A stretch of 64,000 nucleotides of DNA, taken from the NCBI GenBank assembly GCA_050031695.1, contig JBNAIC010000029.1, positions 16,034 through 80,033 on the forward strand. Reading direction: 5' to 3'. This DNA is from Pleomorphochaeta sp. GTDB lineage: Bacteria; Spirochaetota; Spirochaetia; Sphaerochaetales; Sphaerochaetaceae. The position numbers and the translations under genes were made by a program. Below are positions 9,442 to 19,513 of the stretch, piece by piece. The notes beneath the pieces were generated by a model. The model saw only the letters and a program-made list of their open reading frames with translations, was not told the origin of the DNA and ran no database searches. Every line of letters begins with the position of its first letter. Position 1 is the first letter of the stretch.

Positions 9442-10851
9442 ATGGCAATAAATTTATACAATACGATGGGAAGAAAAGTAGAAGAGTTTAAACCAATAGA
9501 TGAAAAAGAAGTAGGTTTATATACTTGTGGTCCCACTGTTTACAACTATGCACATATAGGAAATCTTAGAACATTTATTTTTGAAGATATTTTAAAGAGA
9601 GTTTTAACTCATTCAAATTATAAAGTAAAGCATGTTATGAATATTACTGATGTTGGTCATTTAACAGATGATGGAGACTCAGGTGATGATAAAATGACTA
9701 AAAAAGCTAAAGAAAGTGGTAAGAGTGTATGGGAAATTGCTTCTTTTTATACTGATGCTTTTTTATCTGATGCTTCTGATTTAAATTTAGTAATGCCTAA
9801 TGTACTTTGTAAAGCAACTGATCATATTGGTGATATGATTAAATTGATTAAACGGTTAGAAGAAAATGGTCATACTTATATAAGTGGTGGTAATGTATAT
9901 TTTTCTATTGATACTTTTAAAGATTATGGTAAATTAGCTAATCAAAATTTAGATGATTTAAAAACTGCTGTTAGAGATGATGTTAGTATTGATAACAATA
10001 AAAAAAATCCTAAGGATTTTGTTCTATGGTTTACTAATAGTAAATTTGGTGAACAGCAAATGATGTGGGATTCTCCATGGGGTAGAGGATATCCAGGTTG
10101 GCATATTGAATGTTCTGCTATGAGTATGAAATATTTAGGTGAATCATTTGATATTCATTGTGGTGGTATTGATGCTATTCCTGTTCATCATACAAATGAA
10201 ATAGCACAGAGTGAAGCTGCAACTAATCATAAATGGGTTAATTATTGGGTACATGGTGAATTTCTATTAGATGAAACTGGTAAAATGAGTAAATCAAAAG
10301 GTGATTTTTTAACTTTATCCCTATTGAAAACTAAAGGATATGATCCAATGGATTATAGATTCTTTGTTTTAGGTGGTCATTATCGCTCTCAATTAAGATT
10401 TAATTTTGATAATTTAGATACAGCTAGAAAAAATAGATTAACTATTGTATCTAAAATTCAAGAATATTTAGATAATGGAGCAAATAAAATTGAATTATCA
10501 AATGAAAAAGTTGTTGAATTAAAAAATGAATTTGATGATTGTGTTAATAATAATTTAAATATGCCTAAAGCTTTGGCTGTTTTATATAAAACAATTAAGA
10601 GTGATTTGTTTGAAAGTGAAAAGTATTCTCTTATTTTGTATTACGATGAAGTTTTTGGTTTGCGTTTTGATGAAGTGGAAAAAAGTAAGGATGATATTCC
10701 TGAAAATGTTTTAAAATTAGTAGAAAATCGTATAACTGCGAAAAAAGAAAGAGATTTTGCTAAAGCAGATATGATACGTGAAGAAATTAATAAACTTGGA
10801 TATCTTTTAAAAGATACCCCTAAAGGTCCGATTTTATCAAAAAAAATGTAA
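9442..10851 (+). CDS. cysS: cysteine--tRNA ligase
   Basis: Class I motifs YNYAHIGN and KMSKSKG. Also GWHIECSAMS and IHCGGIDAIPVHHTNEIAQSEA. Confidence 0.95.
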   Translation: MAINLYNTMGRKVEEFKPIDEKEVGLYTCGPTVYNYAHIGNLRTFIFEDILKRVLTHSNYKVKHVMNITDVGHLTDDGDSGDDKMTKKAKESGKSVWEIASFYTDAFLSDASDLNLVMPNVLCKATDHIGDMIKLIKRLEENGHTYISGGNVYFSIDTFKDYGKLANQNLDDLKTAVRDDVSIDNNKKNPKDFVLWFTNSKFGEQQMMWDSPWGRGYPGWHIECSAMSMKYLGESFDIHCGGIDAIPVHHTNEIAQSEAATNHKWVNYWVHGEFLLDETGKMSKSKGDFLTLSLLKTKGYDPMDYRFFVLGGHYRSQLRFNFDNLDTARKNRLTIVSKIQEYLDNGANKIELSNEKVVELKNEFDDCVNNNLNMPKALAVLYKTIKSDLFESEKYSLILYYDEVFGLRFDEVEKSKDDIPENVLKLVENRITAKKERDFAKADMIREEINKLGYLLKDTPKGPILSKKM

Positions 10852-10879
10852 CCGAAGTGTAATAGGGTTGTTAACAGTT

Positions 10880-11392
10880 ATGAAGATACAAAGTAATAAT
10901 GAACATGATTTTAGGTTTATGTACGAGAAAACTTTCTCTATGTTATTTCGTGTAGCAAATAATATAGTGAAAAATCCAGACAGAGCTGAAGAATTATGTC
11001 AGGAAGCTTTTACTAGATTCTTTGACCAAGCAAAAGTTTTCCCAAGTGAAAATGATGCTAAATATTGGTTAATCAGAGTGACTAAAAATCTCTCAATTAA
11101 TGTAGTCAAAAGAAAAACTAGGGAGTTAAAAATGATTGATAGGGTGAAAAAAGAACCTCATCATCATGAGAAAACAGGAGAAGAAGTATTAGTTGAAGAT
11201 GTAGTTTGTGAACAAGTTATGGATGCTATTTCACAATTGCCTGAAAAACTAAGATTGGTAATTACATTAAAAACTTATACTGATTTAGATTATAAAGGGA
11301 TAGGTGAGACCCTTAATATATCTGAAAGTAATGTTAAAGTAAGAGTTTTTAGAGCAAGGAAAATGCTTGAAAAAATTCTAAGCCAGGAGTAA
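10880..11392 (+). CDS. ECF-type RNA polymerase sigma factor
   Basis: Region 2 (AEELCQEAFTRFF...WLIRVTKNLSINVVKR) and region 4 HTH (YKGIGETLNISESNVKVRVFRARKML). The track ORF starts at a TTG (10868). ATG 10880 is preferred. Confidence 0.8.
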   Translation: MKIQSNNEHDFRFMYEKTFSMLFRVANNIVKNPDRAEELCQEAFTRFFDQAKVFPSENDAKYWLIRVTKNLSINVVKRKTRELKMIDRVKKEPHHHEKTGEEVLVEDVVCEQVMDAISQLPEKLRLVITLKTYTDLDYKGIGETLNISESNVKVRVFRARKMLEKILSQE

Positions 11393-11399
11393 TTAATTT

Positions 11400-11951
11400 A
11401 TGTGTTTAGACGATGCATTATTAAATTCATATTTAGATGGCGAGTTACAAGAACCATGGAAGACTCAAGTTGAAGAACATCTTTCATATTGTAATGGGTG
11501 TCAGTTACGATTGAATCAACTAAAAGAATTAGATAATAAGTTAAAAAATGCTTCATTTTCTGATGAAGATATTAGAGAACGTTCTGAAAGAGTTATTAAA
11601 TTTTTTGAGAATAATAGATTTAATACTGAAGTTAAAAAAAGTTTTTTTAAAAGAAAGGTCCAAATTAACTTAGTACCTGCTTTATTAACAAGTGCAGCGG
11701 CTGTTGTTGTTGTATTTATTGGTTCTTTTGTATTGTTTGGATCAAATAATAAACAAACAAGTGAAATATTACCTGAAGTAATGATGCCTATTGAATCTAA
11801 TCAAGTTGAACAAGTTAGTGTAAATGAAAAAAGTTCACTAGATGATTATTCTTTATCAGAAATTATACATTATTTAGATTCTCAAGGTTATGCTGTTAAA
11901 TTAGAAGTAAAGGCAGTTAATCCTTTAGAAGATTTATCACAAGATGAGTAA
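11400..11951 (+). CDS. anti-sigma factor, zf-HC2 type, single-pass membrane protein
   Basis: N-terminal H-x3-C-x2-C (EEHLSYCNGCQ) and a central TM segment (LVPALLTSAAAVVVVFIGSFVLF). Starts 7 nt after the sigma gene stop. Confidence 0.65.
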   Translation: MCLDDALLNSYLDGELQEPWKTQVEEHLSYCNGCQLRLNQLKELDNKLKNASFSDEDIRERSERVIKFFENNRFNTEVKKSFFKRKVQINLVPALLTSAAAVVVVFIGSFVLFGSNNKQTSEILPEVMMPIESNQVEQVSVNEKSSLDDYSLSEIIHYLDSQGYAVKLEVKAVNPLEDLSQDE

Positions 11952-11973
11952 ATAATTATTAAATTAAATATAA

Positions 11974-11996
11974 AGGGGCTTATGCTCCTTTTTTTT
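11974..11996 (+). terminator. rho-independent terminator after anti-sigma gene
   Basis: AGGGGC-TTAT-GCTCCT stem-loop (one G-U pair) followed by a T8 run. Confidence 0.6.
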
Positions 11997-12035
11997 GTAT
12001 TTATTTTTTATTTTATAAAAATTTGTTGTAATCTG

Positions 12036-12064
12036 TTGTTAACAAATATACTTTTTGGTAATAT
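12036..12064 (+). promoter_or_regulatory. candidate sigma70-type promoter of valS
   Basis: TTGTTA, 17-nt spacer, TAATAT, with a TGg extended -10. Confidence 0.4.
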
Positions 12065-12097
12065 AGCAAACAGTATATTTTGGTAGGAGGATAGTAG

Positions 12098-14752
12098 ATG
12101 AAGGCCGTTGAATTACAAAAAGCCTATGATCCGAAAGATTTTGAAGAGAGAATTTACCAACAATGGTTAGATAAAGGATTATTTAGTCCACAAGATAGTG
12201 ATAAGGAACACTATTCAATTGTCATGCCCCCACCAAACGTCACTGGTATTTTACATATGGGACATGCTTTAAATAACTCATTACAAGATATTTTAATAAG
12301 ATATAATAGAATGAGAGGTGTTCCATCTTTATGGGTACCTGGTACTGATCATGCAGGTATTGCAACTCAAAATGTAGTTGAAAGACAACTTTTGAAAGAA
12401 GGTAAAAGAAGACAAGATTTAGGAAGAGAAAAATTCTTAGAAAAAACTTGGGAAGTTAAAGATAAACACCATTCAACAATAAAAAAACAATTAGAAACTA
12501 TTGGTGCTTCTTGTGATTGGGATAGAGAAAGATTTACCATGGATGAAGGGTTATCTAAAGCTGTAAGAGAATGTTTTGTAACTTTATATGAGAAAAATTT
12601 AATTTATAAAGGTGAATATCTTGTAAATTATTGTCCACATTGTGGAACAGCTTTAGCTGATGATGAAGTTGAACATGAAGAAACTCCAGGTAAGTTATAT
12701 GATGTAAAATATCCATATGCTGATGGAAGTGGTTCAATTACAGTAGCTACAACAAGACCTGAGACAATGTTCGGTGATATTGCTGTTGCAGTAAATCCTG
12801 AAGATGAAAGATATAAAGATCTAGTTGGAAAAGAATTATTATTACCATTAACTGATAGAGTAATTCCAATAATAGCTGATAGTTTTGTTTCATTAGAATT
12901 TGGTACTGGTATGGTAAAAATAACACCAGCTCATGATCCTAATGACTGGGAATGTGGAAAGAGACATAATTTAGAAATTATTAATGTTTTAAATCCTGAT
13001 GGTACATTAAATGATAATTGTCCTGAAAAATATAGAAATATTGATGCAGCTGAAGCTAGAAAAATTGTTGTTGAAGACTTACGTGAATTAGGTTATTTAA
13101 TTAAAGAAACTGAGCATAATCATGAAGTAGGACATTGTTATAGATGTCATCATGTTGTAGAACCATATTTATCTGAACAATGGTTTGTAAGCATGCAAAG
13201 TATGGCTGATAAAGCATTACAAGCTTGGAAAGATGATAAAATTAGATTCTATCCTAAAAGATGGGAAAATACTTATTCACATTGGTTAACTTCAATTAGA
13301 GACTGGTGTATTTCACGTCAATTATGGTGGGGACACAGAATTCCAGTTTGGTATTGTAAAGATTGTGGTCATATGATGGTTCTTCGTGAAGATCCATGTG
13401 AATGTGAAAAATGTAAATCTAAAAATATATATCAAGAATCTGATGTATTAGATACTTGGTTTAGTTCTTGGTTATGGCCTTTTTCTACTTTAGGATGGCC
13501 TGAAAAGACTGTTGATTTTGATAAGTTTTTCCCAACAACTTCATTAGTATCTGGTTATGATATTATTTTCTTCTGGATTGCTCGTATGGTTATGGCTAGT
13601 CTTGAATTTGTTGGAGAAGTTCCTTTTAGAGATATTTATTTAACAGGTCTTGTTAGAGATAAACAAGGCAGAAAAATGAGTAAGTCTTTAGGTAATGGTA
13701 TTGATCCAATTGATGTTGTAAATCAATATGGTGCAGATGCTATGAAATTTACATTAGCTTATATGGCTACTCAAGGACAAGATATTTTAATTGATATGGA
13801 TTCTTTTAAATTGGGTAGTAGATTTGCCAATAAAGTATGGAATGCAACAAGATACTTATTAATGAACCTAGAAGATAGAAATTTAGTTCCTTTAGAAAAT
13901 ATTGAATTAGATACTATGGATAAGTGGATATATAATAGTCTAAATGAAGCTTCTAAAAAAGTTGCTACATCTATGAAGAATTATCGCTTTAATGATGGTG
14001 CAAGTGCTGTCTATGATTTCTTCTGGAATGATTTCTGTGACTGGTATGTTGAATCTTCTAAAGAAAAATTATATAGCGATGATAATGATGTTAAAGATAA
14101 AGCTATTAGCGTATTAGTTGATTTATTAGCTGAATCAATGAGATTAATGCATCCATATCTTTCTTTCTTAACAGAAGAAATTTATTCTAAATTACCTAAT
14201 GTAGATGATCAATTAATTATTAGTGAATATCCAAGTTTTAGGGAAAATAGGATTCATGAAAAAGATACAAAATTGGTTTATGCATTACAAGATGCAGTTA
14301 GAGGAATTAGAGCTCTAAGAGCAGATTTGCAAATTACTCAAGAAAAGAAAGTTAAAGTAGTTATTAAAGCCTCTAGTGATTTTATAGCTACAGATTTCTT
14401 TGAAGAGAAGAAAAGTTTGTTAATGAATTTTGTAAACGCAAGTAGTGTAGAAATTGATAGAAATGATATTATTGATACCTCAAAAGCTGTTCCTGTTGCT
14501 GGAAGTGGATTTGAATCTTTTGTTTTTGTTGGTGATGCAATAGATGTGGATAAAGAAATTTCTAAACTAGAAAAAGAATTAGTTAAAAGTAAAAAAAGTT
14601 TAGATGGTACTTTAAGAAAATTATCTAATGAAAAGTTTATTAACAATGCTGCAAAAGCTGCTGTAGATAAAGAATATAATAAAAAAGCTGAATTCGAAGA
14701 AAAAATTGAAAAAGCCACTAAACATATTTCTTTATTGAAATCATTAAAATAA
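12098..14752 (+). CDS. valS: valine--tRNA ligase
   Basis: PPPNVTGILHMGHAL (HIGH) and KMSKSLGN motifs, CP1 editing region and C-terminal coiled coil. SD GGAGGA upstream. Confidence 0.97.
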   Translation: MKAVELQKAYDPKDFEERIYQQWLDKGLFSPQDSDKEHYSIVMPPPNVTGILHMGHALNNSLQDILIRYNRMRGVPSLWVPGTDHAGIATQNVVERQLLKEGKRRQDLGREKFLEKTWEVKDKHHSTIKKQLETIGASCDWDRERFTMDEGLSKAVRECFVTLYEKNLIYKGEYLVNYCPHCGTALADDEVEHEETPGKLYDVKYPYADGSGSITVATTRPETMFGDIAVAVNPEDERYKDLVGKELLLPLTDRVIPIIADSFVSLEFGTGMVKITPAHDPNDWECGKRHNLEIINVLNPDGTLNDNCPEKYRNIDAAEARKIVVEDLRELGYLIKETEHNHEVGHCYRCHHVVEPYLSEQWFVSMQSMADKALQAWKDDKIRFYPKRWENTYSHWLTSIRDWCISRQLWWGHRIPVWYCKDCGHMMVLREDPCECEKCKSKNIYQESDVLDTWFSSWLWPFSTLGWPEKTVDFDKFFPTTSLVSGYDIIFFWIARMVMASLEFVGEVPFRDIYLTGLVRDKQGRKMSKSLGNGIDPIDVVNQYGADAMKFTLAYMATQGQDILIDMDSFKLGSRFANKVWNATRYLLMNLEDRNLVPLENIELDTMDKWIYNSLNEASKKVATSMKNYRFNDGASAVYDFFWNDFCDWYVESSKEKLYSDDNDVKDKAISVLVDLLAESMRLMHPYLSFLTEEIYSKLPNVDDQLIISEYPSFRENRIHEKDTKLVYALQDAVRGIRALRADLQITQEKKVKVVIKASSDFIATDFFEEKKSLLMNFVNASSVEIDRNDIIDTSKAVPVAGSGFESFVFVGDAIDVDKEISKLEKELVKSKKSLDGTLRKLSNEKFINNAAKAAVDKEYNKKAEFEEKIEKATKHISLLKSLK

Positions 14753-14772
14753 TTAATATATAAAACTAATCT

Positions 14773-14820
14773 AAAGATCATTGTTTATCTCTAAGATAAT
14801 TAACAATGATCTTTTTTTAT
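14773..14820 (+). terminator. rho-independent terminator of valS
   Basis: Long hairpin: AAAGATCATTGTTTATCT pairs with AGATAA(tta)ACAATGATCTTT across a 3-nt loop. A T7 run follows. Confidence 0.85.
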
Positions 14821-15008
14821 ATTTATTTATACGATTTATTTTTAAGGTAAATATGCGTATTAATAAATTCAAAATGATTATTTCTATTATTAATCAAAAA
14901 TGTAACTAAATTAAAATTTTGTTAGTATAAAATTTTTTTTATTTACAAAATATTAATCTATGTGTTATATTTAAAATCGCTTAGTTTGTGATTAATAAGG
15001 AGTAATTT

Positions 15009-15626
15009 ATGAAAAAAAGATTAATCAGTTTATTTTTAATAGGTATTATTACAATATCTTCAGTTTTTGCAGCGATGAACTTAAATGTTCCATTAGAGGC
15101 TTCTCACGGTGAAAATCAAGTTATAGGTAGTTTATTTTACTTAGGATCAATTGGTAGTGATTTTAAAGCTTCATCAATAGGTGTTGCCGCTTTTTATCAA
15201 AATAAAATGAGTGATAATATTGGAATTTATGCTAATGGAGGAGTTGGTAAGCCTTTATCATTAGAAATAGATAATGTAAGTGATTTTTCAAGTACAACAG
15301 CAGTTTGCATTCAATCTGGACCATATTATATAATTCCAATTCAAGAGAATATGTTAGTAAAAGTAGGTGTAGCTTTAGATCTTTCAGCACTAGCTGGAAA
15401 AGAAACTGTTTCAGGTGATGAAGATATAGTTTTATCTATAGGTGTTGGAGCTTTTGGAGCTTTTGAATACATATTGATGGATAAAATTAATCTTGTAGGA
15501 TCTTTAACTTTAGGATTTGATCCAGTTGTTTGGATGACAAATACAACAACTAATGAATTAGAAAAATTAAGTGGTGGTTGGTTAGTAAATATAATGCCTT
15601 CTGTAGGTGTTAGTTATCATTTTTAA
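15009..15626 (+). CDS. small outer-membrane beta-barrel protein (OmpW/OmpA-barrel-like size)
   Basis: Signal peptide ending SVFA-AM. Alternating hydrophobic pattern, Gly-rich strands and a C-terminal beta-signal VGVSYHF. SD AAGGAG upstream. Confidence 0.6.
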   Translation: MKKRLISLFLIGIITISSVFAAMNLNVPLEASHGENQVIGSLFYLGSIGSDFKASSIGVAAFYQNKMSDNIGIYANGGVGKPLSLEIDNVSDFSSTTAVCIQSGPYYIIPIQENMLVKVGVALDLSALAGKETVSGDEDIVLSIGVGAFGAFEYILMDKINLVGSLTLGFDPVVWMTNTTTNELEKLSGGWLVNIMPSVGVSYHF

Positions 15627-15657
15627 AATTTGAAATTTATGTTGAGCAATAAGTGAC

Positions 15658-15685
15658 AAAAAAAGGCAACTTAGGTTGCCTTTTT
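15658..15685. terminator. bidirectional terminator between convergent genes
   Basis: A7-GGCAAC-ttag-GTTGCC-T5, symmetrical with A/T flanks. Confidence 0.7.
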
Positions 15686-15687
15686 AT

Positions 15688-16977
15688 TTATGTTCTTTCA
15701 GAATTTAATATTCTTGTAGATTTTATTTCTCCATTATTTAATCTTCTAATAATATAACCCTCATTTACAGGTTTATCAGTTTTTAAATATTGAACTTTTC
15801 CATGGTCAATTTGGTCAATTTCTTCAAACTCACTATTTAATAAAGTATAATCGTTATCAATTATGTTTAAAACATCTTTTCCGATATATTCAATAGTTTG
15901 TCCTTTTTTAACTTGGAACCTAACATCTAACTCCCAAATTCCTTTTTTAACTTCTTTATTTATTATACCAATGAATAAGAAATTTCTTTCATATCCATCA
16001 ATTGTTGGAACATTAATATCATCTTCATCTTTGTTATTGAAGAAAAAAGCAGTAGAATATTTTCTATGACTAATATTGAATAAATCTTTTCTGTATTCTT
16101 CTAATAAAGGATCTTTATCAATAGCTTTTCTATACGCTCTTGTAACTACAGCATTATAGTAAAGGCTTTTCATTCTACCTTCTATTTTAAGACTGTTAAC
16201 TCCTGCATCAATTAGCTCATGAACATGATCAATCATGCATAAATCTTTGCTGCTCAATATTGTTGTGAACCCATCTTCTTCACTGATTGGATAGTATTGA
16301 TTAGGTCTTTCATATTCTTCTAAAGCTAATGTTTCGCTTTTTAAGACTTTTTCAAGTCCTTCATTTGCCATAAGCCTATAGTTCCATCTACAAGAATGAG
16401 CACAATCCCCTTGGTTTGCACTTCTTGAAGAGAAATAAGAAGATAATAAACATCTTCCTGAATATGCCATACACATTGCTCCATGAACAAATGTTTCTAA
16501 TTCTAATTCAGGAGCTGATTGTTTTATTCTCTTAATATCTTCTAAAGAAGCTTCTCTTCCTAAAATTATTCTTGAAAAACCTATTTTAGAATAGACTTTA
16601 GCAGCACTTGAATTAATACAACTTGCTTGAGTCGAAAGATGAACTTCTGCATTAGGAATTTCATTTTTTATTATATCCATTGCACCTACATCTGTAACTA
16701 TGTAAGCATCAAAAGGCCAATTGTTTAATTCTTTAGCTTGTTCTCTTAAATCTTTTAATTGGCCTTCATGAAAAATAATATTTAAAGTACAATATAATTT
16801 TTTATTAGGATATAATTCTTTGATCTTAAATAAATCTTCTCGTTGATTTTTATCAATATTTTTAGCATTAGCTCGAAGAGAAAATTTAGGAAGACCCATA
16901 TAAGCTGCATCTGCTCCGAAATCAAATGCAGTCTTAAGTTTTCTAATATCACCTGCAGGGCTTAATAGCTCAACCAC
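15688..16977 (-). CDS. U32-family peptidase-like protein (collagenase/TrhP-RlhA family)
   Basis: ELLSPAGD, ADAAYMG, GAMCMAYSGRCLLS and CAHSCRW blocks. Start reassigned to GTG 16977, preceded by a perfect SD AAGGAGG (6-nt spacer). This start overlaps the lon stop by 8 nt. Confidence 0.85.
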   Translation of the reverse strand: MVELLSPAGDIRKLKTAFDFGADAAYMGLPKFSLRANAKNIDKNQREDLFKIKELYPNKKLYCTLNIIFHEGQLKDLREQAKELNNWPFDAYIVTDVGAMDIIKNEIPNAEVHLSTQASCINSSAAKVYSKIGFSRIILGREASLEDIKRIKQSAPELELETFVHGAMCMAYSGRCLLSSYFSSRSANQGDCAHSCRWNYRLMANEGLEKVLKSETLALEEYERPNQYYPISEEDGFTTILSSKDLCMIDHVHELIDAGVNSLKIEGRMKSLYYNAVVTRAYRKAIDKDPLLEEYRKDLFNISHRKYSTAFFFNNKDEDDINVPTIDGYERNFLFIGIINKEVKKGIWELDVRFQVKKGQTIEYIGKDVLNIIDNDYTLLNSEFEEIDQIDHGKVQYLKTDKPVNEGYIIRRLNNGEIKSTRILNSERT

Positions 16978-19438
16978 GTAAAGCCTCCTTAATTGCCGTT
17001 GAAACAGCATCACTAATTATTTTAGCTTGTTGGGAAGAATTATCATCATACTTGTTTATAATAGGTCTTTCATTAGTTTTATCATTAGGGAAAGCAATCT
17101 CTAAAACTTTAGATACTTCATCAACAATATGGAATTCTATTCCTTTTTTGACTTTATCATCTAGCTTATCAAGATCTTTTTTATTTTGTTTTGGAATAAT
17201 TATTTCTTTAATTTTATTTCTTTTAGCAGCTAATACTTTTTCTTTTAATCCACCAATAGGCATTACTTTACCCATCAATGAAATTTCACCAGTCATTGCA
17301 AGTTTTGGTTTAATAACTTGGTTAGTAATTAAAGAAAAAATTGCAGTTGTCATTGTAACACCAGCGCTAGGTCCATCTTTCTTAATAGCTCCTTCAGGTA
17401 CATGGATATGAATATCATGTAATGTAAAAAAGTCAGGATTGATTCTATATTCTTTTGTATGACATTTAAGATATGTATAAGCAATATTTATACTTTCTTT
17501 CATAACATCACCTAATTGACCAGTTAATTGAAGTTTTCCATTACCTTTAGCAGCTTGTGCTTCAATAGCTAATGTATCTCCTCCCATAGCTGTCCAAGCA
17601 AGCCCAACCGCCATTCCAGGTTTATTTGCAACAATAATGTTATCGCTTGTAAAATATGGGATTCCTAAAAATTCAATAACATCTTGTTCTTGTATTTTTA
17701 TAGGTAATTCTAATTCTGGATTTTCTACAATTTTCATAGCAACTTTTCTGTTAATCTTATTAAGATTCTTTTCAAAGTTTCTAACACCGGCTTCTCTAGA
17801 ATATTCTTCAGCAATTTTTCTTAATATCTTGTTCGAAAAATTTATATCAGATCTCTTTAATCCCATCTTTTTTAAAGATTTTGGGACTAAATACTTTTTA
17901 CCAATTTGAACTTTTTCATCAGAAGTGTAGCCACCAACTTCAATTAATTCCATTCTATCTAATAAAGGACCTGGAATTCCGTTGATGCTATTTGCTGTAG
18001 CTATAAATAGTACATTTGATAAATCAAAAGGTAAATCAAGATAATTATCTCTAAATGAGAAATTTTGTTCAGGGTCTAAAACTTCAAGAAGAGCTGATGC
18101 TGGATCGCCTTGGAAAGATTGGCCCATCTTATCTATTTCATCAATTAAGAAAAGAGGGTTGTTAGTTTTAACCGTTTGTAGACCTTTGATTATTTTACCA
18201 GGAATTGCACCAACATAAGTTCTTCTATGACCTTTTATTTCACTTTCATCTTTCATACCACCAACAGAGAATCTAAAATATTCTTTATGTAATGCTGTTG
18301 CTATAGATCTACCAATACTTGTTTTACCAACACCAGGAGCACCAACAAAACAAATAATTGCACCTTTGTTATCGTTTTTTAGCTCTCTGACAGCAAGATA
18401 TTCTAAAATTCTATTTTTTACATCCATCATTCCATAATGATCTCTGTTTAAAATTTTTCTAGCTGCTGTTATAGAAACATTAGTTTCTTTACTTGGTTTC
18501 CAAGGTAGTTTTAGAATATTTTCTAGATAATTTCTAGTTACATTGAAATCAGGAACAATCATTTCAATTCCTTTAAGTTTTTCAATTTCATCTGCAACTT
18601 TATCTCTAACTTCATCATTGAAATATGGTTCAACTTCTTTAATTTGTTCTTCAAGTTTACTAATTAAAGCCATTTTTGGATCACTTGCCATACCAAGTTC
18701 CATTTGAATAGTTTTTAATTCTTGACGTAAGAAATATTCTCTTTGTTGTCTTTCAACTTTTTTATTTACTTTGAAAAGAATGGATTTTTGTATTCTAGAA
18801 ATTTCTTGTTCATTTTTAATATGAATTAATAATTTTTCAATTCTTTCTCTTATATCAAGACATTCTAATAAAACTTGTTGATCTTCTCCTGAAATTTCTA
18901 AATTAGAAATTAAGAAGTCTGCAAGCTTACCAGGTTCTTCTATATTAATCATATTCAACTTAAGTTGTTCATTTAACATAGGGTCTTGTTCAGCAAGTTT
19001 TTTTATTTCAGTAAATAATTGTCTTGCCCAAGGAATTAAATCTTCTTTATTGTATTCTTCATTTTCTAAATAATTTACTTCTGCTATTAAGTATTTTCCA
19101 CTATTTAAGAATGAAGAGACTTCAAATCTTTTAATAGTTGAAATAAAAACATGTACACCACCTTCAGGTAGCTTGATTTGTTTTATTATTTTTGCAATCG
19201 TACCGACTGTATATAATGACTCATCATCTTCTATTGTTTCATTAGTAGTATCTTTTGATAATAATAATCCAATCATACCACCATGTTTAATTGCTTTATT
19301 TATAACATCTATATCTTGTGCTTCAGTAAACATAAGATGTGTTAATAGGCCAGGGAAAACAGGTACAGGTCCTACAGGTAAAATAAATAGGTTTGAAGGT
19401 AAGTCTTTTTCTTCATCTAATAGATCTATATCTTTCAT
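16970..19438 (-). CDS. lon: ATP-dependent Lon protease (endopeptidase La)
   Basis: Lon N-domain, Walker A GAPGVGKTS, LFLIDEIDK and protease-domain KDGPSAGVTM with the catalytic Ser. SD GGAGGA upstream. Confidence 0.97.
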   Translation of the reverse strand: MKDIDLLDEEKDLPSNLFILPVGPVPVFPGLLTHLMFTEAQDIDVINKAIKHGGMIGLLLSKDTTNETIEDDESLYTVGTIAKIIKQIKLPEGGVHVFISTIKRFEVSSFLNSGKYLIAEVNYLENEEYNKEDLIPWARQLFTEIKKLAEQDPMLNEQLKLNMINIEEPGKLADFLISNLEISGEDQQVLLECLDIRERIEKLLIHIKNEQEISRIQKSILFKVNKKVERQQREYFLRQELKTIQMELGMASDPKMALISKLEEQIKEVEPYFNDEVRDKVADEIEKLKGIEMIVPDFNVTRNYLENILKLPWKPSKETNVSITAARKILNRDHYGMMDVKNRILEYLAVRELKNDNKGAIICFVGAPGVGKTSIGRSIATALHKEYFRFSVGGMKDESEIKGHRRTYVGAIPGKIIKGLQTVKTNNPLFLIDEIDKMGQSFQGDPASALLEVLDPEQNFSFRDNYLDLPFDLSNVLFIATANSINGIPGPLLDRMELIEVGGYTSDEKVQIGKKYLVPKSLKKMGLKRSDINFSNKILRKIAEEYSREAGVRNFEKNLNKINRKVAMKIVENPELELPIKIQEQDVIEFLGIPYFTSDNIIVANKPGMAVGLAWTAMGGDTLAIEAQAAKGNGKLQLTGQLGDVMKESINIAYTYLKCHTKEYRINPDFFTLHDIHIHVPEGAIKKDGPSAGVTMTTAIFSLITNQVIKPKLAMTGEISLMGKVMPIGGLKEKVLAAKRNKIKEIIIPKQNKKDLDKLDDKVKKGIEFHIVDEVSKVLEIAFPNDKTNERPIINKYDDNSSQQAKIISDAVSTAIKEALRG

Positions 19439-19513
19439 ATTTCCTCCAAAAATTTGTAATATCTATGTATATAATAAAAATAATAATAAAGTCACCAAGA
19501 GAATAGTGGTAAT

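Noticed and set aside
9299-12097. T-box or other leader elements upstream of cysS, valS, and also serA at 46417-46638.
   Set aside because: The leaders are short (under 150 nt) and A/T-rich, and they lack the conserved T-box sequence or specifier-loop architecture. Ordinary promoter plus SD arrangements explain them.
14854-14910. Tiny ORF (MRINKFKMIISIINQKCN) in the gap between valS and the small OMP gene.
   Set aside because: 18 codons, no convincing SD, and no way to support it from sequence alone.
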